Of a stretch of 64,000 bases of DNA, positions 37,657 to 45,693 are shown piece after piece; within the stretch, counting starts at the first letter, position 1; each line of letters starts with the position of its first letter. Source of the stretch: a virus; the IMG/VR virus record IMGVR_UViG_3300018044_000002, positions 2,682-66,681 of that record; one strand, given 5' to 3'. The position numbers were made by a program, and so were the translations under genes. The notes below the pieces were generated by a model. That model did not search any database, was not told the DNA's origin, and worked only from the letters and a program-made list of their open reading frames with translations.

Positions 37657-38646
37657 CTACTGCACCGTGCCGAAGGTCGCCGTCTGCATGGCAGACTTCA
37701 GTACGTCCTCGTCCGACATCGCCGCAGACATTGCTTCCTCGAACGACTTGACGACTTTGACCTTGTTGCCCTTGGCGTCGGTCCGCTCGTTGAACGGGTC
37801 GAACTGGCCGTCGGCGACCTTGGCTGAGGAGTGGAGAGGGTTGCGCGAGGAGGGCGGGGTCAGGGAAGCGAGCTTGCGCGTCTCCTCCAGTTCCTTGGTG
37901 GTCTTGGCGACGAGATCGGCGCGTTCGGCGGCCAGCTCAGCCTTCTTGCGGTCTTGCCAAGTCAGCCGGTCCACCGCCTCGGAAACCTGGAGGAAGCCAT
38001 CCTTGTCCTTGAGCTGGTGTTCGGAGGCGTACTTGTAGGCGGTTTCGTAGTCCACGGTCACACCCTTGGGCAGGGACTTGGTAGCCTCGGCGAACTGCGA
38101 CTGATACTGATCGTTCAGGTAGCGGCCAACCGAGGTGTTCACGACGCCGGTCACCTTGCCGAGCGAGTCGGTCAGAGTAGTTTTCAAAGAGTCGAACTGG
38201 CTGGGCAGGGCGTCGATCTTGGTCGAGAGTTCAGCAAGGCGGGTATCGCGAGCGGCTAGTTCCTTCTTCATCGCCTTGACAACCGGACCGAGAAGCGGGT
38301 CGTTGTCGTCGAGGTTGAATTCGGCTTGGGCAGCGGCGCGGAGTTCGGCGGCGGTCGGCGTGCTTGGTTGCTGCGACTGCGTCTGTTGCTGCCGGGCTGG
38401 AGGCGGGACGACCCTGCCGTCCTGCGCGAGCCAGCCTTCCTGTACAGCTTGTTGGAACTTGGCGGCGAAGGCCAGTTCGGCCTGGCCGAGAGTGTTCTGA
38501 CGCTGCTCGATTTGCGAGGTAAGGGCTTGGCGTTCGGCGGCGGGAAGGGCACGAATCTCGCCCACGTTGACCGTGCTGCCGTCCGGCAGGTTCAGCACCA
38601 TGTCGTCGGGGTACTTCGAGTTCTTCAGGATGTCGTTTAGAGCCAT
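37657..38646 (-). CDS. Scaffolding protein
   Basis: Charged helical protein immediately upstream of the major capsid gene. Confidence 0.65.
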   Translation of the reverse strand: MALNDILKNSKYPDDMVLNLPDGSTVNVGEIRALPAAERQALTSQIEQRQNTLGQAELAFAAKFQQAVQEGWLAQDGRVVPPPARQQQTQSQQPSTPTAAELRAAAQAEFNLDDNDPLLGPVVKAMKKELAARDTRLAELSTKIDALPSQFDSLKTTLTDSLGKVTGVVNTSVGRYLNDQYQSQFAEATKSLPKGVTVDYETAYKYASEHQLKDKDGFLQVSEAVDRLTWQDRKKAELAAERADLVAKTTKELEETRKLASLTPPSSRNPLHSSAKVADGQFDPFNERTDAKGNKVKVVKSFEEAMSAAMSDEDVLKSAMQTATFGTVQ

Positions 38647-38700
38647 GGGGGTAGGTCTCCTTCTTCTGGGTTACTGATTCACTGACTGCTGGTTACTGGT

Positions 38701-39234
38701 TCACTGTCCGCCCATGCCGCCTGGCTGGCCTGGCTGGCCTGCCGGGTTCGGAATGGCTGCGTTGTTGGCAATCGGTCCGGCTGCGGCGGTAGCGGCTGCC
38801 GCCTTCTCCGCTTCCTGGATCGAATTGTCGAGATACTTGACCACGTTGGCAAGGTTGCGCGACACGCCGGGGATCGTGAACACGGCGCGGGTGTAGAGTT
38901 GCACGGCGACGGACTTGAGCGAGGTCAGGGATTTGACCATCGCGTCGGGGTCGGCGTTCTGGAGTTCGGCCAGTTGCTGCGAGAGTTGAAGGCCGGCGGG
39001 GGTTGTGGGAGGAGAGTCGGGGCCGGGAGGGGGAGGGCCGCCGCCGGGGCCTCCGGGTCCGCCAGCGCCAGGCATCGGAGGACCGCCTGCGCCAAGCATT
39101 CCGGGCGGAGGAGGGAGAGGTCCGCCGGGTCCGGCAGGAGGACCGCCAGCGGCAGGGCCACCACCCGCGCCAGCCAGCTTGCCGATCAGTTGCCGGGCCA
39201 TCATCTGCGCGAGAGCGGGATTGGAGGTTGCCAT
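38701..39234 (-). CDS. Pro/Gly-rich hypothetical head-region protein
   Basis: ATG ORF in the head operon. Confidence 0.6.
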   Translation of the reverse strand: MATSNPALAQMMARQLIGKLAGAGGGPAAGGPPAGPGGPLPPPPGMLGAGGPPMPGAGGPGGPGGGPPPPGPDSPPTTPAGLQLSQQLAELQNADPDAMVKSLTSLKSVAVQLYTRAVFTIPGVSRNLANVVKYLDNSIQEAEKAAAATAAAGPIANNAAIPNPAGQPGQPGGMGGQ

Positions 39235-39277
39235 GAGAGTTGTCTACCTGTCCTGACCAGTTCTGTCCTGTTGCTGC

Positions 39278-39463
39278 CTACTTGTTCGACCAGTACGGCT
39301 TCGGTCCGCCTTCGGGGATCAGGCCGAGCGGGTCCTTCACGTCGACGGCCGGGTTGTTGTTGACGTCGGGGCCGGGCTCGTTGCCGGTTCTGCCGACAGT
39401 CAGGGGGGACTTCAGGATTTCGGAATTGAAATTATTCCCCATCTCGCCTTTGATCTTTGCCAT
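39278..39463 (-). CDS. Hypothetical protein
   Basis: RBS AAGGAG. Confidence 0.65.
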   Translation of the reverse strand: MAKIKGEMGNNFNSEILKSPLTVGRTGNEPGPDVNNNPAVDVKDPLGLIPEGGPKPYWSNK

Positions 39464-39528
39464 TGCGCTGCTCCTTCGCTACCGAGTCTGTTGTGCTGGT
39501 TGCTACTGCTGGTTGCCGGCTACCGAGG

Positions 39529-39630
39529 CTACTTCCGCTTCCCCACGCGCCGGTTCACGTTCCGGGTCATGCGAGGAATATGTCTCATTCCGCCGGTGTA
39601 GGTTCCTGCTCCCTTGATCTTCGGTCCCAT
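39529..39630 (-). CDS. Small basic peptide (33 aa)
   Basis: AAGGGAG + MGPKIKGAGTYTGGMRHIPRMTRNVNRRVGKRK. Confidence 0.6.
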   Translation of the reverse strand: MGPKIKGAGTYTGGMRHIPRMTRNVNRRVGKRK

Positions 39631-39836
39631 GGTCGAGGTCTCCCTTGGTTAGGTTGGGATTCGGCAGGGAGGAGGAAGGTCGAAGTTACCGCCTGTCCCG
39701 CCTCCTCGCCTGCCGCTTCCTGTCTTGCGCATCCAACGCTTTCGGCGGAGGGGCGGGGTCTGGTCCCCCACCTTCTCCCACCCGCCGCCGAACCGGGCCG
39801 GGCCGCTGACTGACGAACCAGCCAACCTGTCCTGCC

Positions 39837-39896
39837 CTACTTGCGAGCGGCGGTGCGCCGACGCCGGGTGGATCGTCTTCCTCCACGAGAAGCCAT
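39837..39896 (-). CDS. Small basic peptide (19 aa)
   Basis: AAGGAGGT + MASRGGRRSTRRRRTAARK. Confidence 0.6.
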   Translation of the reverse strand: MASRGGRRSTRRRRTAARK

Positions 39897-40015
39897 GCGT
39901 ACCTCCTTCGCTCCGGGTTGGGGCGGTCTAGTCAGGCAGGGGGTTGACCTGTCCGACTACCGCTCCTGCTAAGAAGACGGGGCGCGAAGGCCAGCAGCAC
40001 CGTCTCCGGGATGAG

Positions 40016-40138
40016 CTAGGTCCGGGGAGAACTCTTACGCGAGTTCTTCGCGGCCTTGGCACGCATGTCGCGCAGGAACTTCCGGGGTTGGCCAAAGTCC
40101 TTGACGACGCGGCGGGTTGTGCTGGAGGTTCCGGCCAT
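40016..40138 (-). CDS. Small basic protein (40 aa)
   Basis: AAAGGAG + MAGTSSTTRRVVKDFGQPRK... Confidence 0.6.
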   Translation of the reverse strand: MAGTSSTTRRVVKDFGQPRKFLRDMRAKAAKNSRKSSPRT

Positions 40139-40204
40139 CTGGATCAGGTCTCCTTTCGAGAGTTGCTGAACGACGGTTAGGCAGCAGGTTAGGCAGCGCA
40201 AAAA

Positions 40205-40249
40205 CTACTTGCGCTTGCTACCCTTCTTACGTTCACGACGATGTGCCAT
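40205..40249 (-). CDS. Small basic peptide (14 aa)
   Basis: AAAGGAG + MAHRRERKKGSKRK. Confidence 0.55.
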   Translation of the reverse strand: MAHRRERKKGSKRK

Positions 40250-40363
40250 TTGGTTCTCCTTTGCACATGCTGGGACGCGGCTGAGGCCGGGTCCATGGCA
40301 GAGTGCGATTAAGGAGATGGTAGCGCCGGGAAGGGAGAAGGGGAAGGGTACCTCCTCAACACT

Positions 40364-40391
40364 AATTTAACGGCGAAGGAAAATTTTGCAA
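40364..40391 (-). promoter_or_regulatory. Candidate promoter of the head operon
   Basis: TTGCAA-16-TAAATT in an AT-rich gap. Confidence 0.45.
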
Positions 40392-40504
40392 ATCTACGTC
40401 AATTTTCATTAGCATTAAAACAGTAACTTGGACAAGATCGGGCGAGGCGTGGCGTGGTCAGACGAGGCAAGGTGCGGCGAGGCAGTAATCAATAAAGCAC
40501 TCGG

Positions 40505-40753
40505 TTAGACATACGGATTTTGTATGAAAAATCTAGCCGAGTGCTTTCTTCCCGAACGAAATCCATAAACAGATATACCAAAAGTGCTTAGAACATCATC
40601 CTCGATCCAACCATAAACAGTCCTGGGATTTCTTCCCATCATTCTCGAAAATTCCGTAATTGTTAACCAGTGGCCGGGCCAAGAACATTGCGGAACTGTT
40701 TGTGGTCGTGGCATTACAGGTTGTTCCTTCACGGTTTTGGCCATCACGTACAT
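40505..40753 (-). CDS. Excisionase/MerR-like HTH protein
   Basis: WLTITEFSRMMGRNPRTVYGWI. Confidence 0.7.
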   Translation of the reverse strand: MYVMAKTVKEQPVMPRPQTVPQCSWPGHWLTITEFSRMMGRNPRTVYGWIEDDVLSTFGISVYGFRSGRKHSARFFIQNPYV

Positions 40754-40758
40754 TCTCC

Positions 40759-42531
40759 TTACTTCCTGCCTGACCGAACCTTCGCCAGCGCGGCCAGCGC
40801 TTGACTCGTCTGCTGCTCCTGCGCGATTCCCTCCGGGTCGGGGTAGCCGAGGGTCCGCAAGCCGCGCTCCGGCCCGACCACCCCAGCCTTCATCAGGTCA
40901 GGCGTGATCTTGCGGACTACGGCCTCGGAGAGCGGCCGGACCGAGGCGTCGTCCAGCGCAACGTCGAAGGTGGAGGGGTCGACTTGGCCGTTCCATGCCG
41001 CGAGCGTGATTCCCTCGGGGCCGCGATAGGGCAGGGTCGTCTTGGTCTGGTAGCGGCACATCGTGTCGAAGAAGAACTCGCCGACGGCGCTGGCCGTCTC
41101 GGAGAGGAACCGGCCAGCCAGTTGCAACATCCCCGAGGACTGGAGGACCGCGCTGTCGAACAGGTCGGTCGAGACGTTCCCCGCGCCGGGCTCGCCTTGT
41201 CTGGAGGCCGAGAACCCGAGGCAGTCATTCTGCAACGTGAGCAGCTTCTCCGCGCCTTGCAGCGCGCCCGACCCCATCGCGTTTGGGGTCACGACGGAGG
41301 GGATACGGCTGTTCGGCTTGATCACGCAGACCTCGCCGGGCAACCCGCCGAACCCATCCACGTCGATCCCGGTGTTCTCGTCGATGAACCAGACGCCGTT
41401 GTTCAGGCGCAGGCCGTTCTCGTAGATCTGGGTGTAGAAGCGCTGGGCGAGGCGCTGGAGGTTCTCGGTCATGCGCGTTACAGGTATGCCCCAAGGTCCG
41501 AACAGGGGAGGCAGCACGTAGTTCGGGAACAGGGGGAAGCGCGGTGCGGCAAGGTCGCGGCGGGGCGGGTACGGATTGTCGCCGTCCTGTAGGATCACCC
41601 CTTCGCATTCCACGAGCCAGCGGCCGTTGGGGTATTTCAGACGGACTTCCGGGTCGATCAGCGAGGCGGGCGGCTGGTCGGCCTGCTCGACCGTTTCGCG
41701 GGTGTAGTCGCGGCAGAAGCAGTGGCGGACCAGCACGCGCCATTCGGACCGGGTCGTCTTGGAGTTCTGCCCTCCGAGTCCGGGCATCGAGGACATCGGC
41801 CCGGCCGGCTGCGAGATCCCGTAGCCTGAGTCACCCGAGAACGGCTGGAACCCGCCCGAAGTGTGCCGCGGCGAGATCGCGCGCGAGGTCTCCGGCCAGC
41901 GCAGCCGCACGTCTTCGAGGTTCATCCAGGTTCCCCAGCCAGCGTAGCTGGGGTTCCAGGTGTAGTCCGCGCCAGGGTCGAAGAATACCAGCCGCGGGTC
42001 GATCGACCTGGCCCACATTCCGCCACGCGCGCGAGAGAGGTCCGGGTCGAAGCCCGAGACGATCCACCCGGCGCCACAGTAACGCGCGGTCAGCCCGGCC
42101 ATGAGAAGGTGCAGGTTCATTTTGCTGATCTGCCACTGTGCCTGGAGGGAGACTTCGCGGGCGAGATCACGCGCGGTGGTGGAGGCGAGAGCAGGGTCGC
42201 CCTGCTTGGCGGCGGCGTAGCTAGGGTCAGAGGAGCCAGCCGACGGGAACACGTACATACGCGGACTTAAGCTACTCACTTGATTTGCTTCTTCTAGCAT
42301 AATTCTTTGAAGCATTGGGATGCTCAAGGAGGGCCTATAGACCGGTCCAGGCGTCATCGCATCGGACAAATTGTACAAATCCTCTGCACTCTTAGCGAAA
42401 TTTTCTCCCAGGGATTTATTACGAGCAGAGTCAGACGCCTCTATCCATTCCTGAATATGACGCGCTCGGGGATCAATCGACTCCTGCTTCGCCGACTTCT
42501 TGTTCGCGCCGATGAATACGAGGTTCGAGAT
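40759..42531 (-). CDS. Portal protein (probable ATC start)
   Basis: SIDPRLVFFDP, ILQDGDNPY, WGIPV; size and synteny; frame is open 51 codons upstream of the track start, back to RBS+ATC. Confidence 0.78.
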   Translation of the reverse strand: MSNLVFIGANKKSAKQESIDPRARHIQEWIEASDSARNKSLGENFAKSAEDLYNLSDAMTPGPVYRPSLSIPMLQRIMLEEANQVSSLSPRMYVFPSAGSSDPSYAAAKQGDPALASTTARDLAREVSLQAQWQISKMNLHLLMAGLTARYCGAGWIVSGFDPDLSRARGGMWARSIDPRLVFFDPGADYTWNPSYAGWGTWMNLEDVRLRWPETSRAISPRHTSGGFQPFSGDSGYGISQPAGPMSSMPGLGGQNSKTTRSEWRVLVRHCFCRDYTRETVEQADQPPASLIDPEVRLKYPNGRWLVECEGVILQDGDNPYPPRRDLAAPRFPLFPNYVLPPLFGPWGIPVTRMTENLQRLAQRFYTQIYENGLRLNNGVWFIDENTGIDVDGFGGLPGEVCVIKPNSRIPSVVTPNAMGSGALQGAEKLLTLQNDCLGFSASRQGEPGAGNVSTDLFDSAVLQSSGMLQLAGRFLSETASAVGEFFFDTMCRYQTKTTLPYRGPEGITLAAWNGQVDPSTFDVALDDASVRPLSEAVVRKITPDLMKAGVVGPERGLRTLGYPDPEGIAQEQQTSQALAALAKVRSGRK

Positions 42532-42798
42532 GGCCGTACTCCCTTTCTCAGCGTATCACTAATCAGTCTCTTGGAGTAGATCTCCGTGCGACAAGGCGAA
42601 CGGGCTGGCGCGAGGCAGGGCGGACAGGAAGCCGCGTCGGCAAGGCGCGCCGGACTGTGCCGTCAACGGCGGCGGGGGGTTGGTCGACGCGAATGCCGGT
42701 CCGGTCGGGGAGAGCGGCGCGAGGGGTGCCGGAGGGGCGGGGGCGTAAGGGGCGCGAGCGGGGAGGGCTGGTCGGACAGAGGGAGTAGGCATCGTGGA

Positions 42799-42960
42799 TT
42801 ACTTCCTTTTCCTAGCTCGCTTCTTGCTGCGGCTGTGGTCGACCTTGTGCGCGTGACCAGCGACCACGACCTCCTTCGCGTGGGTCGGAATGTCGTGGAG
42901 GTGCGTATAGGCTCGCGACTTGCGGTAGGATTCAGCGGACTTGAAGTGCTCGGTTGGCAC
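42799..42960 (-). CDS. Small basic His-rich protein
   Basis: AGGAGG + GTG; ends KKRARKRK. Confidence 0.55.
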   Translation of the reverse strand: MPTEHFKSAESYRKSRAYTHLHDIPTHAKEVVVAGHAHKVDHSRSKKRARKRK

Positions 42961-42964
42961 CGGG

Positions 42965-43252
42965 CTACCTCCTCGCCGATGCCGCACGAGGAGCGGTACG
43001 ACGCGACGCGGTCCGGGCAGCAGGCTTGCGCGCGGCTGTCCGCGACGCGGCTGCCTTCTTCGCGTCCTCGGCTGCGGCTGCGGCGCGAGCGGACTCGTTG
43101 GCTTTGCGAACCATATCGTCCATGTAGGAGGTGTCGCGGCGAGGGAAGAAGCCGGAGAGTCCCGGCTGGCTGGCGCGGTTGTAGAAGTCCTTGGCCTTGG
43201 ACTTGAGGCCGGTCAGGTAGTCGGAGAGCGGGGAGGAGGCAGGGTCGGGCAA
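42965..43252 (-). CDS. Hypothetical protein with an Ala/Arg-rich tail
   Basis: GAGG + TTG. Confidence 0.55.
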   Translation of the reverse strand: MPDPASSPLSDYLTGLKSKAKDFYNRASQPGLSGFFPRRDTSYMDDMVRKANESARAAAAAEDAKKAAASRTAARKPAARTASRRTAPRAASARR

Positions 43253-43410
43253 GGGTCAGCCTCGCTTTCCCGATCGGCGGCGACCGGTTGACCTGCCTGA
43301 CTTCTTCTCCGACGCGCGCACAGCCTTGCGCAGGAAGGCAGTGGAATGAGACTTGGCCTCATAGGCTGGAGTCTCATCTTCTTCTCTCATACCACATTCT
43401 TTACTTTGCT

Positions 43411-43788
43411 TCATCTCCGGCCTCCGGTTCTGGCGCGGCGGCGCGTAGCACGGCGCGCTGAGGAGTGGTGCAGGGAGTGCGAGGCAGGCTGGTGGGCGGC
43501 GGGGGATGATACTTCCGCCCCCGCTTCATCGTCTGCGACGCGCCCAAGTGAACGAGTGGAAGAGTGCTTCTTGGAGGACTTGGTTGATCCGCCGCTGCCG
43601 CCTGCGCCGCCGCCCAGCGCGGACTTGGCATGTGCCAGAGCCTCGTCGACGGTGGAAGCTACGCGACGGACGGAGCGACCCGGCTGGTCTTTCTTGGATG
43701 ATCGTTGGTGCCAGCGGACTACGTGGCCGTTGTCGGCTGGTTCAATGGTGACTTCAGGCGGGCGGGGATCGTCGGAGGAATCAATCAC
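43411..43788 (-). CDS. Hypothetical basic protein
   Basis: AGGAG + GTG; VTIEPADNGHVV. Confidence 0.55.
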   Translation of the reverse strand: MIDSSDDPRPPEVTIEPADNGHVVRWHQRSSKKDQPGRSVRRVASTVDEALAHAKSALGGGAGGSGGSTKSSKKHSSTRSLGRVADDEAGAEVSSPAAHQPASHSLHHSSARRATRRRARTGGRR

Positions 43789-43984
43789 GGCGGCGGCTCC
43801 TCTTTGCCCCCTTGCGCTTGGACGAGGAGACACGGTGCGGCGTGCTGACAGCCGGGCCGCCGCCGGAGCGACCGGGCGGACGGGCGTCGGGGGAGTCGTA
43901 TTCCTTGCGCGGGTTGGCTGGGAGGTCAGGCGAGAATCGCGCTGGGGACGTGGTCGAAAACTTCGGTCGCGGGCTGGTGGACAT
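43781..43984 (-). CDS. Hypothetical basic protein
   Basis: GGAGG + ATG. Confidence 0.5.
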   Translation of the reverse strand: MSTSPRPKFSTTSPARFSPDLPANPRKEYDSPDARPPGRSGGGPAVSTPHRVSSSKRKGAKRSRRRD

Positions 43985-44163
43985 GGCGGGCTGGTGCCTC
44001 CAAGCGGGCCGCGGGGGACGGCGAAGTGGCTAGGGAGAGGATAGCGCAGGAGGGGGTGGGGAGGGGAGAGAGGGTCACAACACTAAGAAAAGTCGACTGG
44101 GATCGAGTTGCAGAGGGATTACTTGCCAATGATCCAACGCCGAGTGGAGAAGGCGTGTGCAGG

Positions 44164-44622
44164 TTACTCGGCAGGCTCGGTCTCGGACTCCCTGACCGAT
44201 TCAGAGGAATCGTCTGGCTCATCTAATTCGGTAATGTCGTCCACTACCTCTGCCTCCGACTGACCTGCCTCCTCCAGCCCCCTCACCTCCTCCGGTCCCA
44301 TTCGCAACCACCGCCCCAACACCGTCGCCGGCGTCTCCGTCGCCTCGGCCTCGGTCTCCTTGGTCAGCAGTTCGAGGTTGGTGATCACAGTGGTCACCTC
44401 CTTCAGATCGATCGCCCCGCCCATGATTAAGACGTCGAGGTTGGCCATCAGGTCGTGACGGTAGGCGGCGTAGGCACGGGTCTTGCTCGCGCGCCGGTTC
44501 TCGTTGAACCTCTCGCCGATCTCGCGGAAGAGTCGGCGGGCATCCTGACGAGCGGCTTCGGTGGGGACGAGGCGGGTGGGGTTGGCAGGGTCGACCTGGA
44601 CGCCGGGGTCCGGGCCGAGCAT
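44164..44622 (-). CDS. Hypothetical protein with an acidic tail
   Basis: Protein-like 3' half of track ORF 44164-45141; start uncertain. Confidence 0.5.
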   Translation of the reverse strand: MLGPDPGVQVDPANPTRLVPTEAARQDARRLFREIGERFNENRRASKTRAYAAYRHDLMANLDVLIMGGAIDLKEVTTVITNLELLTKETEAEATETPATVLGRWLRMGPEEVRGLEEAGQSEAEVVDDITELDEPDDSSESVRESETEPAE

Positions 44623-44627
44623 CTTGG

Positions 44628-45101
44628 CTATCTCGCTGGGAAAGGCTGGCTTGGGACTGGCCGCAGCCGACTTGGCTGTCTTCCTGCTCGACGCGCCGCT
44701 TCCGGCTGCTCGCCCGACCCGTCCGCGAACCCGCCTTCCTGTGCTGCCCTGATCCGCGGCGACGGTTGTCCCGTCGGCTGCGGCTGGTCCCCCGGCCGCG
44801 AGAACGGCAGCACTCCGTCGCGCAGGGTCGTCTGGGCTCGGAGCAGGCGCTGGCGCGAGGTCCGGCCCTCCGCTCGCTGATTGTAGAGGGCTTCCTGGCG
44901 TTCGGGGGTCAGGACGGCGTGGCGGGAGCGCGACGGCTGGCTGGCTGGCTGGCTCGGCGCCTCCGCCGCCCCGAGGGACGACTCTGAAACTGGCTCGGAG
45001 GTTCCGCTGCCGAGGAGACTTCTCAGGAACTGCGCGAACGTCTGCGCCGCCTCGGGGGAGGGGAGGGTTAGGACCAGTTGGTTGGCTTGCTGCTCGATCA
45101 T
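44628..45101 (-). CDS. Hypothetical protein
   Basis: GAGGTG + ATG. Confidence 0.55.
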   Translation of the reverse strand: MIEQQANQLVLTLPSPEAAQTFAQFLRSLLGSGTSEPVSESSLGAAEAPSQPASQPSRSRHAVLTPERQEALYNQRAEGRTSRQRLLRAQTTLRDGVLPFSRPGDQPQPTGQPSPRIRAAQEGGFADGSGEQPEAARRAGRQPSRLRPVPSQPFPAR

Positions 45102-45340
45102 CGCGTATCACCTCGTTCCTCCTCTGCACATCCCTCTTCAACTGAGTCCGCCTCTATGCTCACAGCAAAATTATGTACCATGTCTGCAAACTTTGGGGAG
45201 AACCTGTCCATAGCGACATAAGCACAATCTTTATCTGGCCAAGATTCATCACTAACTAACTGGTCTCCATTTGGGAAGGTAATGACATGCACAAATTTGC
45301 CGTTCTGTTTGCAAACTTTCAAGCTGAAATCATAGTGCAT
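45098..45340 (-). CDS. Hypothetical protein (low-GC insert)
   Basis: ATG preceded by a G10 tract. Confidence 0.55.
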   Translation of the reverse strand: MHYDFSLKVCKQNGKFVHVITFPNGDQLVSDESWPDKDCAYVAMDRFSPKFADMVHNFAVSIEADSVEEGCAEEERGDTR

Positions 45341-45369
45341 AAATTACCCCCCCCCCAAATTTCTCAAAT

Positions 45370-45618
45370 TTAGTCGTGCGGTGGCTTGGACTTGTCGCGC
45401 GTGCGCAATTTTCTCATCAGCCACTTCCATCCATGATCTTCTTCTGCCTTCCAGGAAGACCAGCCTGTTTCCTGCCATTCTTCCAGATTTTTGAACCCAT
45501 TAGGCCTCCTTCCTCCAACAGACGCAATACAAGTTGCCTTTCTCAGTGCATCTTTTTCTGAATCTGCTTCAACCAATACTTGCTGCGTGACTTGCCTACT
45601 TACCTTGTAAGTGGTCAT
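45370..45618 (-). CDS. Hypothetical protein (low-GC insert)
   Basis: AGGAGG + ATG; VLVEADSEKDA. Confidence 0.6.
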   Translation of the reverse strand: MTTYKVSRQVTQQVLVEADSEKDALRKATCIASVGGRRPNGFKNLEEWQETGWSSWKAEEDHGWKWLMRKLRTRDKSKPPHD

Positions 45619-45693
45619 ATACTCCTCCTGTTTGCAATGGCCGTGCCCACTGGCTGCCCTGTTGCTCGATCATCTTGAATCACCTCTTGCCCC

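Noticed and set aside
40440-40485. Short GGCGA/GGCGT/GGCAA pentamer-like run
   Set aside because: Too short and degenerate to support a functional call.
40505-40753. Excisionase implying an integration module
   Set aside because: No tyrosine or serine recombinase or att site is recognisable; treated as a generic HTH protein.
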